A stretch of 64,000 nucleotides of DNA from Paramecium tetraurelia (GCA_000165425.1 CT868007.1:62001-126000); one strand, 5' to 3'. Shown: positions 1 to 15,034, counted from the first letter of the stretch. Notes: generated by a model from the letters alone, not told the origin. A program made the numbers and translations.

Positions 1-348
1 ATTCAAGGAATTGTTAAAACATTACTTTTATACTGCGCGTATTTAACTAGTATAATTTTAATTAAAAATTTTGAACAATTTCTAGACCTATATAATTTTG
101 AAGGGATAAAATTATTCGAAAAATAAGGCAAATATATCATTGGGGGTATCATATGAGCTTTGCCGATTGAAGAATAACTTATCGTAGGGTTCGGAATTTT
201 AATAAAGCAATAATTGAGGATCTTGGATACCATTTAATTGAGTTTTTGAAAAGCAGTTAACTGAGATTTAAACAGGTTTCTTGGAGGCTTGAGATTTTAT
301 CAAAATATAATATATTTATAAACCCCTTTATAATAAATTATTTAATAA

Positions 349-1461
349 ATGTCTTCTGTTTAACACTACTTATTGAGAAAGTCTATAACTTTAAACAAAA
401 ACGCAAACATCTTTATGACTTAACAAGAGATTGACGAATAGCGATTATATAGAAATGGAAAGATAGTTCCGTATTATATAGTTGGTAAACCGGAAATCAT
501 GGATAAAAAATTAAACAATCCTTAACCTACAGAAGATTCATCGATGAATATAAAAATCAAGCCCATAAGTTACAAAGAATATAAATCCAAGGTTTCACAA
601 AAACAACAAAATAATCAAGTAGAAGAGGATTAATTCATTGAGTTTGATATGGAACTTGGCTAGGTTGAAAATGAAATTCGATAAGTGCATATCTAATAAA
701 AAATGAACCAATTTAAACTCCCTTTATCAAAATTAAGTCAAGCAGATCTGGCTGCTGCTGAGAAAGATGATAGAATCATGAAATCTTTTGAATAACAATA
801 AATAGATTGGCAACAAAGAGTGATAAAGTCAGCTTAAAGATGTAAAAGACACGTTTCCTAATCAATTTATAATAAAATTTAGGCAGAAAGAGAAAGGAAT
901 GAGGATAGAAAGCTTTTGGATTTAATATAAACTGATGCAGAAAGGCACGGAAATAAGTTATGGGTAATATTCTCTTGACTTTAAGGAAAGATAATTAAGA
1001 TCGAGTTCAGAAGTATTGGAAACCAACTAAAAAATAAGGGCAAAAGGTTTGGAAATCATAAAATAGATGAACAACTCAGGTGTTTATAAGAGACCCAAGA
1101 GTTTTGTCTAAAGATTTGAAGAAAGGTAGGACAGGGTGAATGAATTGACAGCTCAAGGAAATTCAATCCAAAATCTATAAGTAGACATCCTCATTATTTA
1201 TAGATAGAAGGATTGAGTCAATTGGCTCGAGAGACATCGAGTTTATGTAAAATAATCAATGATTAGAAGGAGTTCTAATTAATTAAAAATAGTACATCAA
1301 ATAACTAAATGCCTAATACGAAAAGAAAACACAAGGGACCCTTCAAGAAGCTAGTTCCTGTCGAAAACTTAAATCATTCCCAGGAAATCCTAGCAGTTAA
1401 CTATGATAAATAAATTTTGAGATAATAAGGAAAATTGGAAATTTATAAATAATTTTTCTGA
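349..1461 (+). CDS. Hypothetical protein (about 350 aa, 2 tiny introns)
   Basis: Code-6 translation MSSVQHYLLRKSITLNKNANIFMTQQEIDEQRLYRNGKIVPYYIVGKPE...; GT-AG introns at about 964-985 and 1181-1203; TGA at 1459-1461. Confidence 0.7.
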
Positions 1462-1482
1462 ATATAAAATTATATTTATAAA

Positions 1483-3179
1483 TCATTCCTTTGGTTGATA
1501 TTGATGGTAATAATAGGGATACATTAAATTAAAATTACCGTATTATTAATTGCTATGGTAACACTATAGGAATTAGTTGTAATCTTATTGGTAGGCATTA
1601 CAATATTAAAGATTGGAGAACTGATTGAAGATCTACATAAAGATTATATTACTTCAGGAGCTTAAAATTAGTTATTCGATAAATTAGGATTCATAGCAGC
1701 GCCCTGTTTCATTATTCTAAATAAAATAATAAATTTACTTATCTTTTTAAACTACCTATTTCTCTAACAAATTTTAAGCATGATTTTCTTATTCCTTCTC
1801 GTCTTTTACTTGTTCTGCTTGGTTTCCTTGATTCTCTTGACTATGTTGTTGGTGATTTAATTATATTTTTTTAGAGATTTAACGAATCTGGCCTGAAAGA
1901 GGCTGCATACGGTCAGCAGTCACTTAAATTAAATGTTATTTGGGGTCATCTTGGAACACAACTTAGTCAAGACCTTTCTGGGTTTGCTTTAACTTGGCAT
2001 TTTGAGGCTTGGAGCCATTGAAATTTTCATTTTATTTCTTGCCTTCTGCATGATCGATAAAATGTTGGTATTTCCTCTTGTATTCTCTAGTTAAAGAGTA
2101 GATGTCGGTTATTTCTACTGCGTCTGAGGGGATGTTGGCTCTTTGAGTGTATATTTCATAATAATTATTCTCCAACTATTTAATTATATCTAGAGCCTAT
2201 AATATATTAATAAAAATTTACTTTCTTTAATGTGTTTTAATTAGAATTTTCAACTTTTATTAATAGTTTCATCTCGTTTGACTGGCTCAATTGTTGTTTG
2301 ACTTAACTTAAATGGGACAACACTTGCATTAATACACTCTCCGACTTTTTTATAAAATTAGCACCAAAGAATAATTTGACACATTTAGGGAACTTCATAA
2401 CCATGAAGAGGGGATGCTTAATCTTGTTCCTAATGTTAGGAGATGTGTAGTAATTAATAAAACCTTGAAGTGATTTATCAATTTAACTAAATTTGGAGTT
2501 CTGTTTCGCATTTTCTCTTTTATAAAATATTTAATCAATAAACTAGGGAGGAAAAAGATCTAAAAACATTTCTTAGGATATGTCTCTACTGTTATGACCA
2601 GTTCTATTTCTTGAGTCTACAAACACATCTGAAGAGATTTACGAGTCTAATATCAGAACTTCTTCTTTTCTGGAATAAGATAACACAAATATAAAGTTAA
2701 ACTTGGAGTACTAAATCTATATTTCTGAATTACTTTATTGTTGTAAGATGTAGTTGCAAATTTCAATCCACTAAATGTTATAGAAGGTTCAAATAATGCT
2801 AATTTGGTATTTCCTCTTAATCCAAGACTAATGTATTGATTAGTAATCAGTCCTCTTTTGATAACAAAAATTTACACTTCCAAAATCCCTCCTCTAAAGT
2901 CTCTCATTGTAGTATCATCTTTTTTAAACTATATACTTGATTTATCAGTACATTTAATGTGTAATTTATGTCAGGTAAGTTCCATGATTTGTGCCAATTC
3001 CATCCAAGCTCAGGATCAGACATGAACTCCTTCGACTAAGAAATGGAGACTGTAAATAAATCTTTTGGCCACTATGAATCTTCAGATTTCAGCTCCCATA
3101 TAACTTTATTTGATTTTTGATCGACTAAAACCCCAGTCACAGGCATATATTTCCATTCTAAAGAGCCCTCTGCTGCCAT
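1483..3179 (-). CDS. Hypothetical protein
   Basis: ATG at 3179, MAAEGSLEWKYMPVTGVLVDQKSNKVIWELKSEDSQWPKD...; long TGA-free frame with an intron near 2197-2221; no family recognised. Confidence 0.65.
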
Positions 3180-3375
3180 TTATTGAACTTTTAAATATAT
3201 ATTTATTATCAATTAATGTGTAATGCATATAAACCACCAAGAAAGGCATCATTTCCTTCAAATAAATGAGGAAATTTAAAAATAATATTTAATAAATTAA
3301 TTTTAGAAGATATATTTTGGTATATTATAAGCTGTATGTATTAATTATAGTTTAAATTATAATAAGTATATTTGA

Positions 3376-3509
3376 TTTGTAATGATTGAGACTCCACACT
3401 CATCCAATTTGCCAAATTAAAGTGTTTGTCTATAGATAGTGCAGCAAATGCGTGCTCTGTGAGTACTCCTTACTTTGGGTACCCTGATAAGCGATTTCCA
3501 TCATTCAAT
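3376..3509. other. GC-richer intergenic element with nested inverted repeats (candidate structured RNA or regulatory element)
   Basis: Terminal AATGAT/ATCATT; internal AGAC..ACACT..AATTT/AAATT..AGTGT..GTCT hairpin; GAGTACTC/GGGTACCC stem. Confidence 0.3.
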
Positions 3510-3644
3510 GTTGATTAACAAATTCAACACTCTAAATTTTTTAAATTTATTCAATTCAAACCTCAATATTGCACTAATTTAATTATGATGAAATAATATA
3601 TATTAAGGGTAACTTTAAAATATTAAATTATTTTGAAAAATAAT

Positions 3645-4904
3645 ATGAATTACATTAACAATCAATATCAACTAATAAAGAAATTATCAGCCGGTAGTTA
3701 TGGGATAGTCTATGAGGGTGAGAACATTCCAACTAAAACTTCTGTTGCTATCAAGATTGAGAAAAAGGACAAACCTCAAACCCTGGAAAGAGAAGTCTCA
3801 TCCTTATCTCGATTGTCAAAAATTGCAGGAATCCCCTAAATCTATTGGAATGGAACTCACAATGGACAAAATGTCCTTGTCATGCAATTGTTATCCAAGG
3901 ATCTCGGGTGCTACTTAAAGGAGTACCGAAAATTCACTCTCAAAACAGTATTAATGATTGCAGATTAATTAATATAAATTCTGAGGAATGTTCATCAGAA
4001 ATCCATCTTGCACAGAGATTTGAAGCCTGAAAATCTTATGTATCATTAGAGATAAATTTACATTGTAGATTTCGGGATTAGTAAGATATACAGAGATAGC
4101 ACTTAAAAACATATGTAAAAATAGATCTTATGATATTTAGACCATTTAGAGAGGGGAGACCATTTGTAGGAACTACTCGATATGCTCCTATTGCTGCTCA
4201 TAAGGGTCATGAATTAAGCAGAAAAGACGACCTGGAAACATTAATCTACATCCTAGTTCTATTTTTGAAAGGGTATAAAGGATTTTTAATTTAGATTAAA
4301 GAGTTCTACCATGGCAACACTAGCTTTCTCAAAACAACAAAGAGAGATAAAAACTGATAGGCGAAAAAAAGATTAAATTAAGCTCTACTGAAATTTGTTA
4401 GGATTTACCAATTGAGTTCTAAAAAGCTTTAGAGTAAATTTCATCTGTCTAATTTGAGCCATATTAAGAGTCTCGGTTTCTCGGTTGAACCTGATTACGA
4501 CTATTTAATAAATCTCTTTAGGAAATTAGGATAAAGACATGGATTTGAGTATGACAATTTGTTTGATTGGTGCAAAGAAGAGGAGGTGATTGCATAGGCT
4601 AAAATCATGCAATAGAGTGAAAAAATGTAGCCTTTTTCAGTTAAATGGTAAATATACATTACAAAACATTAGTCAATCTTTACAAATACCTTCTACATTG
4701 GAATGCTTTGAAAAAAAGTAATCCTCGATTTCTAACATTTTATAAAATCCTATGCAGATTTCATAAAGTGCTGTTATAGTGGAAATCAACTCTGACACAA
4801 ATCTTTCGGATGATAGCACTAATTACCTCTATAATAATTATTAATAATTAGAAAACTTTTCAAATTTGTATAAAAACCATCTCTTGATTATGAAAGATAA
4901 ATGA
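3645..4904 (+). CDS. CK1: Casein kinase 1 family Ser/Thr kinase
   Basis: SAGSYG, VAIKIE, HRDLKPEN, DFG, GTTRYA, SRKDDLE and LPWQ motifs; introns at about 4115-4140, 4273, 4433 and 4648-4672; TGA at 4902-4904. Confidence 0.93.
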
Positions 4905-5171
4905 ACTTTTGCTAAGAAAAATGAATTCTTGATTTATAAATATTATTCTTATTTTGTTTTATGAAAATTGTACTTCAATAATAATTACAACTACATCAAC
5001 TAATTTCACTTTGTTTTTGAATCTTCATTATTATAATGCGAATCTAAAACTCTCAGAGTGCATGATCTTAGTAAGAACACCCAACCGAATAAAGTTCTTT
5101 GTGAATGGGATTATTTTTAGTTAGCTTTTGTTTCACCTAAAATATACTAATATTAATTTCAAAAATTACTA

Positions 5172-5894
5172 ATGTCAGAATAGATTACATCCTCTCAAGT
5201 TATAGAGTTTTTCTGGTTTTTCTTTCCCTTTTTATTATTCGTAAGTGCTGTTCTACTGAAATTTTACATTAAGACTAGCATTCATTTGGATTAATCAGAA
5301 AATAGAGCAAAGTCATATAGTTAATAAAGTCTTCAGGATCGTAAAAGCAATGAGCCTAAAAGACTGGATCATGATGGGATTTAAGGGCCAGGTATATGAG
5401 ATAATCATTAATCGTATTTTAGAGGTACAAATTGTTGGGAATGATATGCATCATCAACAGATGAATATGGTGGATGAAGGAGAGAAAAAGCAGATACAAT
5501 AGTCATAATAATAATTCTAGTAAATTCCTCAATTATCAACAATCTCACCAAATCTTACATAAAATGTATACTATAATATTCAAAATTAGACTAGGACTGC
5601 CAAAGTGTTTGATGGATTGAATGAATTGGTTTCGACATACTTTCCACTATTATCAGTCTCTATTATTTGTATAAATAATTTTGCCGCATGGAGTTGGGCA
5701 TTAGCTTGTGTAATTTTATTTCTAATTTTTGTAATTGCATTCAACATCCTTTAAGTGCAGCGTAATTTTTCAGATACAATCAAAAGTAATATCATATTAT
5801 GAGTAATTTAGAATTTTTGTTTGTTAGTCATCATGTGTGGTTGAGTGGTCTATTTATTAGTTATTTAGCCTGTAAATTGAAATTGTCAGATTGA
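5172..5894 (+). CDS. Small multi-pass membrane protein
   Basis: MSEQITSSQVIEFFWFFFPFLLFVSAVLLKFYIK..., with further hydrophobic segments (YFPLLSVSIICINNFAAWSWALACVILFLIFVIAF); 3 introns. The frame is open further upstream, so the start is uncertain. Confidence 0.65.
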
Positions 5895-6251
5895 AATCAT
5901 AATTAATTTATAATATCAGTTTGTTTAATATTAATTAGTTCGAATTATTTAATATCAATTTTTAATTTATTTTTTGATGAGAATTTTTAGAGATTGTGAT
6001 GAAGTTAGTGCTTATTTAAAATTCATTAATTATTTATTAATAATTTTTGTAATATATATTTAATATATATATGATTAGATCAAGAATGGAAGTATTTGTA
6101 ATTGAGAATTTCAAAAAAATTTATATTAAATATATTTCTTAGTAATTTACGTTTCTAAGGTTTTTTTTGTTTCTAAGTTTTGGCAATCCATCATTTTCTA
6201 ATTTTATGCGATCAAATAAATATTATCATCTTTTAGATTAAGCATTTATTG

Positions 6252-6757
6252 ATGGGTGCTCAAATATGCCCAAATGCTTAGAATAATTCCCAAAATGAAA
6301 TTACTCTACAAAATAAGCCTAAGATTCATATAACTAAGCCTCCCAAGAATCATAAGCTATAACCGATAATTAATTTGCATTTTCCTGATGAGATTATGGA
6401 TATTCAAAGGGAAAGATAATATTCGATTCCCTAACAGTCCTCTTAGGATTAAAGCACTTCGAAATAGGAGGTTAATGAAAATAAAATTGAACCTTTACAA
6501 TAATTGGAAAGAATCAACCTAAATCCCTAAGACAATCAAAATGAATAATAAAATGATTCAAGAGACGATTCAAATAGCGCACTGCTTGAAGGTATTATGT
6601 ACTGAATAGAGTAGTAAAATATAAACCGATACTTAAACATCCTCCAAGTCCAAGGAATTGTCAAAATGATGGAGAATCTCAAAAATCAGTTAAAAAAGTC
6701 ACATTTGATAAAAAGTAGAGAGTGATTTACAGTAACTTCAGAAAACCTAACTAATGA
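6252..6757 (+). CDS. Small putatively N-acylated protein with PP1-docking-like motifs
   Basis: Starts MGAQIC; C-terminus KPILKHPPSP...SVKKVTFDKKQRVIYSNFRKPNQ*; intron at about 6592-6614. Confidence 0.7.
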
Positions 6758-6888
6758 ACAAATAACAACTCAAAATCCCGTTTAAATCTTTTGACTATTT
6801 TATAATTTTCAGAATCTTTTTCAACGAAATAAATTCTAAATATGTTATTTTTGTTAATTATAATTTCCAATCATATAGATTATCCGTA

Positions 6889-7146
6889 ATGAAAGTTGAT
6901 CTAACTACGCTAACTAAATGTTCCAAATTGCAAACTTCAATTAAAGCATTTCAACAATAGATTATGCGATCATGAAAGGATGAGACTGAACATTTCAACA
7001 AAGAAATTGACACATTATTTTAGTGATAAAATAGCAATACTGGTGTGAAAAATTAATTAGAATTTCTAGAGAATAAACAGAAGGATCTCTTGATTCAGAT
7101 TAAAACAAGTCAGGATGGTCAAATGATAATTGACGGAGTCTTGTGA
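6889..7146 (+). pseudogene. Short coiled-coil-like ORF interrupted by two in-frame TGA
   Basis: MKVDLTTLTKCSKLQTSIKAFQQQIMRS*KDETEHFNKEIDTLFQ*QNSNTGVKNQLEFLENKQKDLLIQIKTSQDGQMIIDGVL*; internal TGA at 6973 and 7024. Confidence 0.4.
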
Positions 7147-7235
7147 TATTTTTTATAAAATCAATAGTGTGTACTATTTTGAATATTGAGTAATATAAGG
7201 AAATTAATATATATTATATTTAATTCAAAGTAAGA

Positions 7236-8219
7236 ATGATAAAAGAATACTAACCCAAAATATTTTCAAAGGATTAATTTAGAATCAGATACAAGGACTT
7301 GGAGGAAATATATAATGAAGAAATGTCTCCAACTTAAATTGAATTAGGTTATGATGATGAATTGCAACAAGTATCAGAATAGATAATAAGTAGACAGTCG
7401 TCGTTAAACACATTTTCAAGGAGCAATTGTTCAATGATATATAAAGAAGATAAGCTTTGATGGAATGTTAAGTACATTCTTAAATTAAAAATGATCATTT
7501 AGTGGAACTATATGATTGTTTTCAAAACGAAGAAGAATATACACTAATTTTAGAATACATGAACAATGCTAACTATTTTAGGGATAAAATTGAAACTGTA
7601 ATAACAATCACATAAATATGTAAAGGAACTTAAGATAATATCAACTGAGGCCAAAATGAAGTCCTACATGTCGGATGTATTGGAAGGACTAGACTACCTG
7701 CATAAGCAAGGTATTCTACCGATTCTTGGCTAGGATATATTCACTGTGACATCAAATTAGAGAATCTGTTCTGTGAAAAATTGGAGGATCAGGTGTTTAG
7801 AAATGTATTCGACTTTGTTAATTAGGTGAAATTAGGAGACTTAGGATTGGTGCATGTCTACGATCTAAACACAGGACAAGGTCTGATGCCAGTGAAGTGT
7901 GGAACAGCCAATTACATAGCCCCAGAAATAACAAACAATGCTGTTGTGACTCCTAAGATAGATATCTGGTCTCTTGGAATAATATTGTATACGATGAGTT
8001 GTGGTTATAAACCTACTCAAATTCAAGGGTCGTTCAATCTATTATTATTTTTCTAGATACAAGTATTCATAAGGTCCCATACCCTTTAGAAAGTTTGATT
8101 GGAAAAAGAGATCAAAAGAACTATAAAACCTAATAACTTAAATGCTTGAGATGGATCCAAATAAAAGACCATCCTGCCAAGAATTAATGCAGCATTCTTG
8201 GTTTGAAATTGATTCTTGA
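7236..8219 (+). CDS. Divergent CAMK-group-like protein kinase
   Basis: VVVKHI, LILEYM, IHCDIKLEN, DLG, CGTANYIAPE, DIWSLG and KRPS motifs; 5 tiny introns; TGA at 8217-8219. Confidence 0.88.
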
Positions 8220-8258
8220 TATTAAAAGTGTTTTTTTTATATATATTGTTTTGCATAT

Positions 8259-8674
8259 TCAGATTTGCTTGATTTGTCTTTGATCAGGTTCCCAGAATTC
8301 GCTGAAATTAAACCCGAAAACTTTATAAAAGAAGCCTCTGTCCTTTCTCTTGAAACTATCGAAAGAGGGCAATCCGGAAACCTAGTACTTAAGAGTGTGA
8401 ATTACCTTGGCGTCAATTAATTGCTTTTTGTCTCCCTCGTAGCGATGCTGTAGTAATTTAGTGTAATCGTTGAAGATATTCTCACAATTCTTTTTGCAAA
8501 TCTCACCCTCAACTAATTTTTAACATGGTTCCAAACACTTTTGATATTCTACCATTTTAAATCAATGTGATCGTTACTTTCTGATAAATCGAAATACACC
8601 TTCATTCTTTCTTATTACTCTGATGAATACACATGATAAACTTCACTTCTCAAAATCACTTTCTCCTTTATCAT
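8259..8674 (-). CDS. Small twin-CX3C protein (about 120 aa)
   Basis: MIKEKVILRSEVYHVYSSEQQERMKVYFDLSEKYQKCLEPCQKLVEGEICKKNCENIFNDY...GFFYKVFGFNFSEFWEPDQRQIKQI*; 2 introns. Confidence 0.75.
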
Positions 8675-8826
8675 CTATTTATTAATTTATTATATAAATA
8701 TTCTCAAATTCATTTATCTAGTTAATTTACAAAACTTGTTTTATTACTGTATTTTATCCTTTGTAAAATAACATATATCTCCAAGATAATGATTATAAAA
8801 TAATCTTAAAAATTAATAACTTAAAA

Positions 8827-10655
8827 ATGACATAAACCATCAATACTGATTTGCTATTGAGGATAAGCACTTTAAATTAAGAGTTTAAGTTGCTAGACAC
8901 AAAAACTAATTTCTTTATTGAGTAAATCCAAAATGCGTTGTCAATCTAAAAAGAAGAGAATGAAAGTAGTCGATATATCTGTGATCAGAATACGAAAGTA
9001 TGATTTCATCTTACATAGAGTGTTAGTGAATTGAAGGAGCATTTGGATCAATAGGTAGGGAATCTGTATAAGAAATATGAGGAATAAGTTAATGATAAAA
9101 TCATCGAATTTGAACGCATTTAAAAATAAAAAGAAATTTCAGAATAAAATAGAATAATAGAATTAGAACAAAGATTCAGCCAATATGATGAAATAATTAA
9201 AGAATTAGACAAAAAGTGGGAATCAAAATCTAATGATCGTTATATCGCAAGTATAATTCAAAAGAACTTGTTAACCAACCAGAATATAGGGTAGTTTATA
9301 GTTGACAAAGTATTGAAATCGACCGAGGAGACTGTTCAAAACAAAATGATTGAATATTCAAAGTTAATAGATGAAAGAATAACAAATCAATTTCATTCAA
9401 TTTAAAACTTTCAAACTCAAATCAGAAAATACGAATCAAAGTATGAAGAGTTTCAAAACCATCTCAACATCCAAAAAGAGTTTTAGGTGGAGTGCCAAAA
9501 GCAACAACAAAAAAAACTCTAAGCTTTATAAAATCAAAATACATTATTCAAGGAAGTGCTGTAACAATAGGTTCATAGGTAACTCAATCATCATTTAAAT
9601 TAGTATAAAGGATTAGTAAGAACTCCTCAAAACCACTATTAATGATTTACGAGAATAAATGGTCAATTAATTTCAAGATGTTTCGTACTAAAAGAACTGC
9701 AATAATGAATAAGTAATGCAAATTTTGGCATAAGATCAAAATACACTTAAGGAACTGGAAAGAAAATAAGAATAGATCATCAAAAATGAAAATTAAATTA
9801 AGTAAAAATTGGAATAGATGGAATTCGATTACTGTCAATAACATTAAGGAGCCTTAAATTAAATTGTTACAATCGACTGTGAAATGAAAAACATTAGATC
9901 AACAGTTAATGGGATACATAAAACTATAAATACTATGTCATTGAATCCTTAACAGATACAAGAAGCTAAACAAATTGAAAAGCCTCAAGAAAAGTTTAGA
10001 CCGTTGCTAATTAGTAAAAAGATTGAAAAGCAATTCTGTTTGAAAGATTAGATCGGATAAATAGAAACTCTATTTCGACACGTTTAATTACTCTTCGACC
10101 ACATTTGTAAAACTTATCGAAATGAACAAAAATTGGAATCTCAGAAATAGAAATAAAAAGCAGAATTAACAAGAAACAATTCGAATGAACAAAAAAACCT
10201 TTCTGATAACATAAACAATCAGTAATATGTGAAATAATATTTTTAATATGAAAAACAACAAGAATAAATAAAGCCTGACTAAAAAGTTGATAAACTTTAA
10301 TATACAATGCAAAATCCTTAAAATTAATTAAAAATTAATATTTAACCCTCATTACAGAATAATGAAGATGTTTTTGGAGACACTAGGATATATTTGAACT
10401 CTTCCCAGAGACCTCTTCATATTTAAGGAAAATGTATCACTATTTATTTAAATAGAACATGGAATGGAAGTTAGGCCTCAAGCTGAAATGCAATATTTAT
10501 CTGCCAAGGTGAAATAAATCTCAAGTTTGTTCTGCGATTCAGACTTCAGACAATCATTAGTTGAAAATAACCTAAGTTTTAGACCTGAATCAGGGAAAAA
10601 CAGATTACCAAGGATTACTTCAAAAAGCTTTCATTTTTCAAATGATGATGAATGA
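8827..10655 (+). CDS. Coiled-coil protein of unknown function
   Basis: MTQTINTDLLLRISTLNQEFKLLD...; Q/E/K-rich heptad-like sequence; ends SFHFSNDDE*. Confidence 0.65.
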
Positions 10656-10697
10656 AGGTGATTTTTGTTTTTGTTTATTGATACCAATATTATTTTA

Positions 10698-11497
10698 TCA
10701 TTTCTTTGCTCCCTATTTAGCAACAGCCTCCATCTTTCTTCTAATTTCCTCTTGATCTCCTAAATAATAGGATCCCAAAGATTTTAAATTGCTATCGAAT
10801 TCATAAACTAATGGAACACTTGTTGGAATATTTAGTTCAAGAATGTCTAATTGAATAAGTATTTCATACCTTTTTCTGAAACATTGTCTAAGTACTTTAC
10901 AATACTTCTCAATGAATTTCCATGAGCAACCACTAAAACATTCTTACCAGCTAGAATGTCCTTAGCAATATGATCATGCCAGTATGGAATAACTCTAACA
11001 ACGGTATCTTTGAGACATTCAGTGAGTGGTAAAGCATCTTTAGGTACATCAGCGTATCTTCTATCATTGGCTGGATTTCTGGCATCTGTTGGATCCAAAG
11101 GAGGAGGTGGGATATCATATGATCTTCTCCAAATTTTGACTTAATCCTCTCCATGCTTTTATGCTGTCTCACTCTTATTTAAGCCTTATAGGGCACCATA
11201 ATGTCTTTCATTAAGTCTCCAACTTTTGGTGACTGGCAAGTAATGACATCCCATTTCTTCGGCTGCGTAATTGTATGTTTAAATAGCTCTTGTCAAAACT
11301 GATGTGTAAACCTAATGGAATTAGAATCCTTCTTTCTTTAGTAATTATCCAGCAGCTTTAGCTTCTTCAACTCCTTTTTAAGAGAGTGTAACATCATGCC
11401 ATCCTGTAAATCTGTTTTCCTTATTCCATTAGGATTCACCATGTCTTAGAAAAACTACTCTATATTTGGCTAAAGCGTTCTTGAACACTGTTTGCAT
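10698..11497 (-). CDS. PGAM: 2,3-bisphosphoglycerate-dependent phosphoglycerate mutase
   Basis: [46 protein letters not shown] and NIPTSVP motifs; one intron near 10847-10870. Confidence 0.96.
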
Positions 11498-11553
11498 TTT
11501 AATAAATTAATTAATTTATTGTACACAATTGTATTATATTGATAATAAGATAT

Positions 11554-13755
<2,202 letters not shown>

Positions 13756-15034
13756 TTTAAATATGTTAATTATATATATAATTGTATAGTTCAAAAAAGG
13801 AATAAATTGTTTCTTCAAAATAATTTGAACACATTTATTTGACAATTATATTAATTAATTAAATAAAACTACCCTCACACTAATTATTCAGCACAACCTC
13901 TTGATACCAATGAATTCAAAGAATATTATTCTCTTTTTTTAAGATATTACAATGTTATCTGGTATAACGATTTTTAATAGTAAATTCTAAATTCTATTTT
14001 CAATTATAAAATTAAACTATTTAATATTATTCAATAAAACATAGGTCCTGAATTCCTTAATTCTTAATCGTATTATTAAAACATAAACATATATATGAGA
14101 ATAAAGACTTATTTTTTCTTAAGGTACAAATGGCAGTTAAACTTAAATATTTGGAAAAGACTTAGTATAGAGATCAAAATTAAAAATGTAGGAGACCTAA
14201 GTGTTTAAGCCTTGATTCCAATATCATACTTAATTATTCTACATAAGAATGTCAAAAGAGTCGTGTTATTCACTTATTAAACATTTCTTGATATCTTTAA
14301 TGATATTCATTATCAAAAACCTTTGGTGACTCTACATAGAATAATTAATAAAAAACCTTTTTTTGTAAATTGGATTTTTTGGATATTGTAAATGAATAGG
14401 ATGGATGACTAATGATTATTTTGTTTAATTTCTAGAAAATAATTTGAATTCACCGATTTTAATAAAGATGTCACGAAATAAAAAGACTTGGATTTAAACA
14501 AAGTTGATTACGCACATGAAAACGACTTAATATCTTACCACATGAAAGGAGGGGGCCTTTAGATACTCATAGGTAGATGTGATTAATATTCAAAGGAAAG
14601 GAATATTATAGAATTTAATTGAGGTGATCCAAGAGGCAATTAAAGAAGTTAAAATTATAGTTAATTCTGGTGTGTTTCGGCTTTCCAAGAAGAATCCTTG
14701 TATGTCCACTGAAGATATAATAAAGTAGAGTGGAGAGAGGGAATTACCAGAAAATTCATATATTGGAAGGGTTTGGTTTTTTAAGGATGGAAATTGAAAT
14801 TGTGAATTTGGATTGGGACATAGAGCAAATTATAATAAAGAGACCTTAACTACATTAATATCCATAGAAATTTTAGTCACTATAAAATGAAATCAAATTA
14901 AAAGTAAATCACTTATTATTTTTGATTAATGTATTTGAACTTATATAAATTATTCAATAAAGGATACAACAATGTGGGAATTTTGTTCCATTTAAAAAAT
15001 TGAAATAACATTAATAGAATCAAAGAGGGCATTT

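Noticed and set aside
1..300. Track ORF 3..233(-) and an alternative protein-like minus-strand frame
   Set aside because: No recognisable motif and no clear ATG for the better-looking frame; it may be part of a gene running off the window, but I cannot support it.
3381..3440. SECIS-like ATGA...GA hairpin
   Set aside because: It lies 5' of both flanking genes rather than in a 3' UTR, the stem length does not fit, and there is no adjacent selenoprotein ORF.
13800..14950. Short + strand frames at about 14095-14890
   Set aside because: Frames break at TGA with no consistent intron solution; possibly a decayed gene, not callable.
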